The translations under genes and the position numbers were made by a program. The notes beneath the pieces are model-generated. The model made no database searches. It was not told the DNA's origin and saw nothing but the letters and a program-made list of their open reading frames with translations. A stretch of DNA of 64,000 nucleotides. Origin: an uncultured Myxococcaceae bacterium. Its GTDB lineage: Bacteria > Myxococcota_A > Polyangia > Polyangiales > Ga0077539. The stretch is taken from contig CAMFHP010000008.1 of assembly GCA_945952225.1 (NCBI GenBank), positions 1 to 64,000 of the forward strand, in the 5' to 3' direction. Positions 61,486-64,000 of the stretch are shown piece after piece; the first letter of the stretch is position 1; the number at the start of each line of letters is the position of its first letter.

Positions 61486-62439
61486 ATGAAGGCGTCAACC
61501 CTCACGCTCGACCGCGGCGGCGAGCGGATCTTCGTGTACGCGTGGCTCCCCGACGGCGACGCCCCGGTGCGCGGCGTGGTGCAGGTGAGCCACGGCATGG
61601 CCGAACACGCGGCGCGCTACGAGCCCCTCGCGGAGTCGCTCGTCGCGCAGGGCTTCGCGGTGTACGCCCACGACCACCGCGGCCACGGACGCACCGCGGG
61701 AGACCCTTCGCGCCGCGGACATTTCGCCGACCGTGACGGATGGCGCGCCGTCGTCGACGACCTCTACGCCGTGGGCGACCACGCGCGCGCGCAGCACCCC
61801 GGCGCACCGCACGTTCTCTTCGCCCACAGCATGGGCGCGTTCATGGGGCAGCAGGCCCTCTACGAGCGCGGCGGTGACTACGCCGCCGTGGTGCTCTCGG
61901 GCTCGACGAGTCCGGTGAGCAATCCGCTCGCGCCCATCGGACGCGTCGTCGCGCGGGCCGAGCGCTGGCGCCTCGGACCGAAGTCGGCGAGCGCGCTGCT
62001 CACGAAGCTCTCGTTCGGCGAGTTCAACCGCGCGTTCAAGCCCGCGCGCACCGAGTACGACTGGCTGAGCCGCGACGCCGCCCAGGTCGATCGCTACATC
62101 GCCGACCCGTGGTGCGGCTTCGACATGACGACGCAGTCGTGGGTCGACCTGCTCGACGCGCTGCCCGTGATCGCGGCGCCCGAGAACGTCGCGCGCATCC
62201 CGAAGGATGTGCCCGTGTACATCCTCGCGGGCTCGATGGACCCGGTGTCGGGCGCCGTGAAGGGCCTGCGCCAGCTCGTCGACGCGTGGAGCGCCGCGGG
62301 CCTGCGCGACCTCACGTGGAAGGTCTACGAGCAGGGCCGCCACGAGATGCTCAACGAAATCAACCGCGCCGAGGTGCTCGACGACCTCCGACGCTGGCTC
62401 GAACGAACCGTCCCCGCGAAGAAGGGAGATCCGTCATGA
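61486..62439 (+). CDS. Alpha/beta hydrolase (lysophospholipase / monoacylglycerol-lipase-like)
   Basis: GVVQVSHGMAEHAARYEPLAESL...AHDHRGHGRT, GHSMGA nucleophile elbow, C-terminal His (GRHEMLNE). Confidence 0.8.
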   Translation: MKASTLTLDRGGERIFVYAWLPDGDAPVRGVVQVSHGMAEHAARYEPLAESLVAQGFAVYAHDHRGHGRTAGDPSRRGHFADRDGWRAVVDDLYAVGDHARAQHPGAPHVLFAHSMGAFMGQQALYERGGDYAAVVLSGSTSPVSNPLAPIGRVVARAERWRLGPKSASALLTKLSFGEFNRAFKPARTEYDWLSRDAAQVDRYIADPWCGFDMTTQSWVDLLDALPVIAAPENVARIPKDVPVYILAGSMDPVSGAVKGLRQLVDAWSAAGLRDLTWKVYEQGRHEMLNEINRAEVLDDLRRWLERTVPAKKGDPS

Positions 62440-62651
62440 AGCAGGCGACCCTCACCATCACCGGCATGCACTGCGGCGGCTGCGTGGCCTCCGTCGACCG
62501 CGTGCTCGCGAAGCTGCCCGGCGTGGGCGAGCGCAAGATCACCGTCGGGTCCGCGACGCTCACCGTCGACGAGACGCAGGTGGGCGAGGCGCAGCTCCGC
62601 GACGCCATCGACGGCGCGGGCTTCGACGTGACCGACGTCGCGTGGTCGTGA
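62436..62651 (+). CDS. Heavy-metal-associated (HMA) domain protein, CopZ-like metallochaperone
   Basis: ATGA overlap with the hydrolase stop. MKQATLTITGMHCGGCVASVDRVLAKLPGVGERKITVGSATLTVDE...LRDAIDGAGFDV is the classic GMxCxxC ferredoxin-like HMA fold. 71 aa. Confidence 0.8.
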   Translation: MKQATLTITGMHCGGCVASVDRVLAKLPGVGERKITVGSATLTVDETQVGEAQLRDAIDGAGFDVTDVAWS

Positions 62652-63109
62652 GCACCGCCCCCGCCGAGGCGCGCAAGGCCCTGCAGACCAGCGTCGTGCG
62701 GATGCGCGTGCACTACGCCGAGGTCGACCGCATGGGCTTCCTCCACCACAGCAACCACCTGCGCTGGTTCGAACGCGGCCGCGAGGAGTTCTGCCGCCGC
62801 CGCGCCGCGGCCTATCGCGAGATGGAAGACGCGGGCGTGCTCGTCGTCGTGGTCGACCTCGACGTGCAGTACAAGTCTCCGCTGCGCTACGAAGACGTCG
62901 TCGACCTCCACGTGCGCCTCACCGACGTGCGCCACGCCTCGCTCACCTGGGAGTACGAGATGCGCCGCGTGGGCGACGACGCGCTCGCCGCGACGGGCCG
63001 CACGCGCCACGCGTTCGTGACCCGCGAGGGGCGCATCACCCGCGTCGACGCGCGCGTCGCGGGGCTCCTCACCGGCGACGAGACCGAGACCCGCCTCGGC
63101 GAGATCTGA
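62642..63109 (+). CDS. Acyl-CoA thioesterase (4HBT/YbgC-like hotdog fold)
   Basis: VRMRVHYAEVDRMGFLHHSNHLRWFERGREEF. The GTG start overlaps the HMA gene stop. Confidence 0.75.
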   Translation: MVVSTAPAEARKALQTSVVRMRVHYAEVDRMGFLHHSNHLRWFERGREEFCRRRAAAYREMEDAGVLVVVVDLDVQYKSPLRYEDVVDLHVRLTDVRHASLTWEYEMRRVGDDALAATGRTRHAFVTREGRITRVDARVAGLLTGDETETRLGEI

Positions 63110-63118
63110 TCCGCGCGC

Positions 63119-64000
63119 TCAGCGCCCCTCGCACACGCCGCCGTCGACCGCGCTCCATCGCACCGCGGGATGGCGTCGCACGATCGTCGCCTGCTGCCGC
63201 GAGAGCCCCCGCGCCATGGCCTCCGTGGGCCGCGCGTTCATGAGGTTCGAGGCGTCGGTGTCGTCGAGGACGTCCGCGCGTCCGTCGGCTTCGACCGAAT
63301 GGTAGAGCCCGAGGTAGTGCCCGAGCTCGTGGGCCATCACGCGCACCGCGTGGGGCGGCGCTTCGGTGCCCGGCGGAATCGCAAAGCACCCGTCGCTCAA
63401 CACCACCCCGTCGGCCACCGACGACGTCGCCCCTCCCCCGGGAACGTGCGTCGTGAAGCCCTCCGGCGACGTGGTCTCGCCGAGCGTCGCGTTGCGCACC
63501 GTGAGGCATCGCACGCCCCACACGGTGATCCGCGGCGCCGACGCTTCGAAGCCCCTGCACGCGCTGGCCGCACGGGCCGTGAGGTCTGCGAGCGTGGCCC
63601 CCTCGCCCGCCTGCACGGTCACCTCGTCGGCCACCGACGGAGGAAGCACACACCGCGCGACTACACGCACGCGCAACGCGGCGTCGGCGAGCTCGGCGGA
63701 CACGTCGCGTTCGAAGCGCCGCAACGACGCGTCATCGGCCCGCGCGAGCCAGCTCGATGGCGTGGCGATCACCGCGAGGTCGAGCGCGCCCGTCGCACCG
63801 GGGGTCGCATCGTCGAGGGCCACCCGCGCGACCGTCGCGCGCACCCCCGAAGGGAGCGGCCGCAACGACGCGCCCGTCGCACAGTCACGAAGCGCGAGCG
63901 TCACGCGCGAAGGCCCGAGCCGCGACGCATCGGAGGGGATCGCGAACCACCCCGCGCCCTGCATCACGCTCACGCGCTGGAAGCACCGGACGCACGTGGG
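63119..64000 (-). CDS. Metzincin-type zinc metalloprotease; 3' part, with the start probably beyond the window end
   Basis: HELGHYLGLYH (HExxHxxGxxH metzincin signature). Cys-rich C-terminus. The frame stays open upstream of the listed start to position 64000. Confidence 0.6.
   Translation of the reverse strand, partial: PTCVRCFQRVSVMQGAGWFAIPSDASRLGPSRVTLALRDCATGASLRPLPSGVRATVARVALDDATPGATGALDLAVIATPSSWLARADDASLRRFERDVSAELADAALRVRVVARCVLPPSVADEVTVQAGEGATLADLTARAASACRGFEASAPRITVWGVRCLTVRNATLGETTSPEGFTTHVPGGGATSSVADGVVLSDGCFAIPPGTEAPPHAVRVMAHELGHYLGLYHSVEADGRADVLDDTDASNLMNARPTEAMARGLSRQQATIVRRHPAVRWSAVDGGVCEGR

Overview
This is a 64 kb window of roughly 70 % GC DNA, densely coding on both strands. 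It is almost certainly a chromosomal segment from a myxobacterium (Myxococcota): two secreted proteins end in the MYXO-CTERM sorting signal, a GCGC motif followed by a hydrophobic stretch and RRRR. I see no rRNA, tRNA, CRISPR arrays, transposases or integrases. I call about 50 protein-coding genes. Clearly recognisable housekeeping genes are ffh, parA, parB, folD, rpsA (ribosomal protein S1) and selA. There are also a DUF72 protein, a family-2 glycosyltransferase, a HIT protein, a pterin-4a-carbinolamine dehydratase, an AI-2E transporter, a SAM-dependent methyltransferase, a fatty-acid hydroxylase/sterol desaturase family protein and a 4HBT (hotdog-fold) thioesterase. The accessory content I find more interesting is: (1) an apparent operon of a YqiJ/NfeD-like membrane protein, a flotillin (SPFH/YqiK-like), a 1899-aa protein with a MoxR-like AAA+ core and a PilZ-like C-terminal barrel, and a subclass B1 metallo-beta-lactamase lipoprotein whose GTG start overlaps the ATPase stop; (2) two tandem, translationally coupled giant secreted paralogs (1346 and 1387 aa) with FecR-like, VIT and VWA domains and TPR-like C-terminal regions, next to a 640-nt intergenic region, an FHA-containing sigma-54 activator, a membrane Ser/Thr kinase and a PEGA-domain protein; (3) a lipoprotein that fuses a mono-heme cytochrome c module (CGGCH) to a PHM/DBH-like copper monooxygenase domain, followed by a Rieske [2Fe-2S] protein; (4) a Fur/Zur-family regulator next to a fused ZIP / two-cysteine-permease transporter; (5) a CopZ-like HMA protein wedged by overlaps between an alpha/beta hydrolase and the thioesterase. 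Coordinates come from the supplied ORF track plus start-codon offsets I derived by reading the sequence; individual starts may be off by a few codons. Nearly every gene here has a long antisense shadow ORF, as expected at this GC content, and I rejected those.
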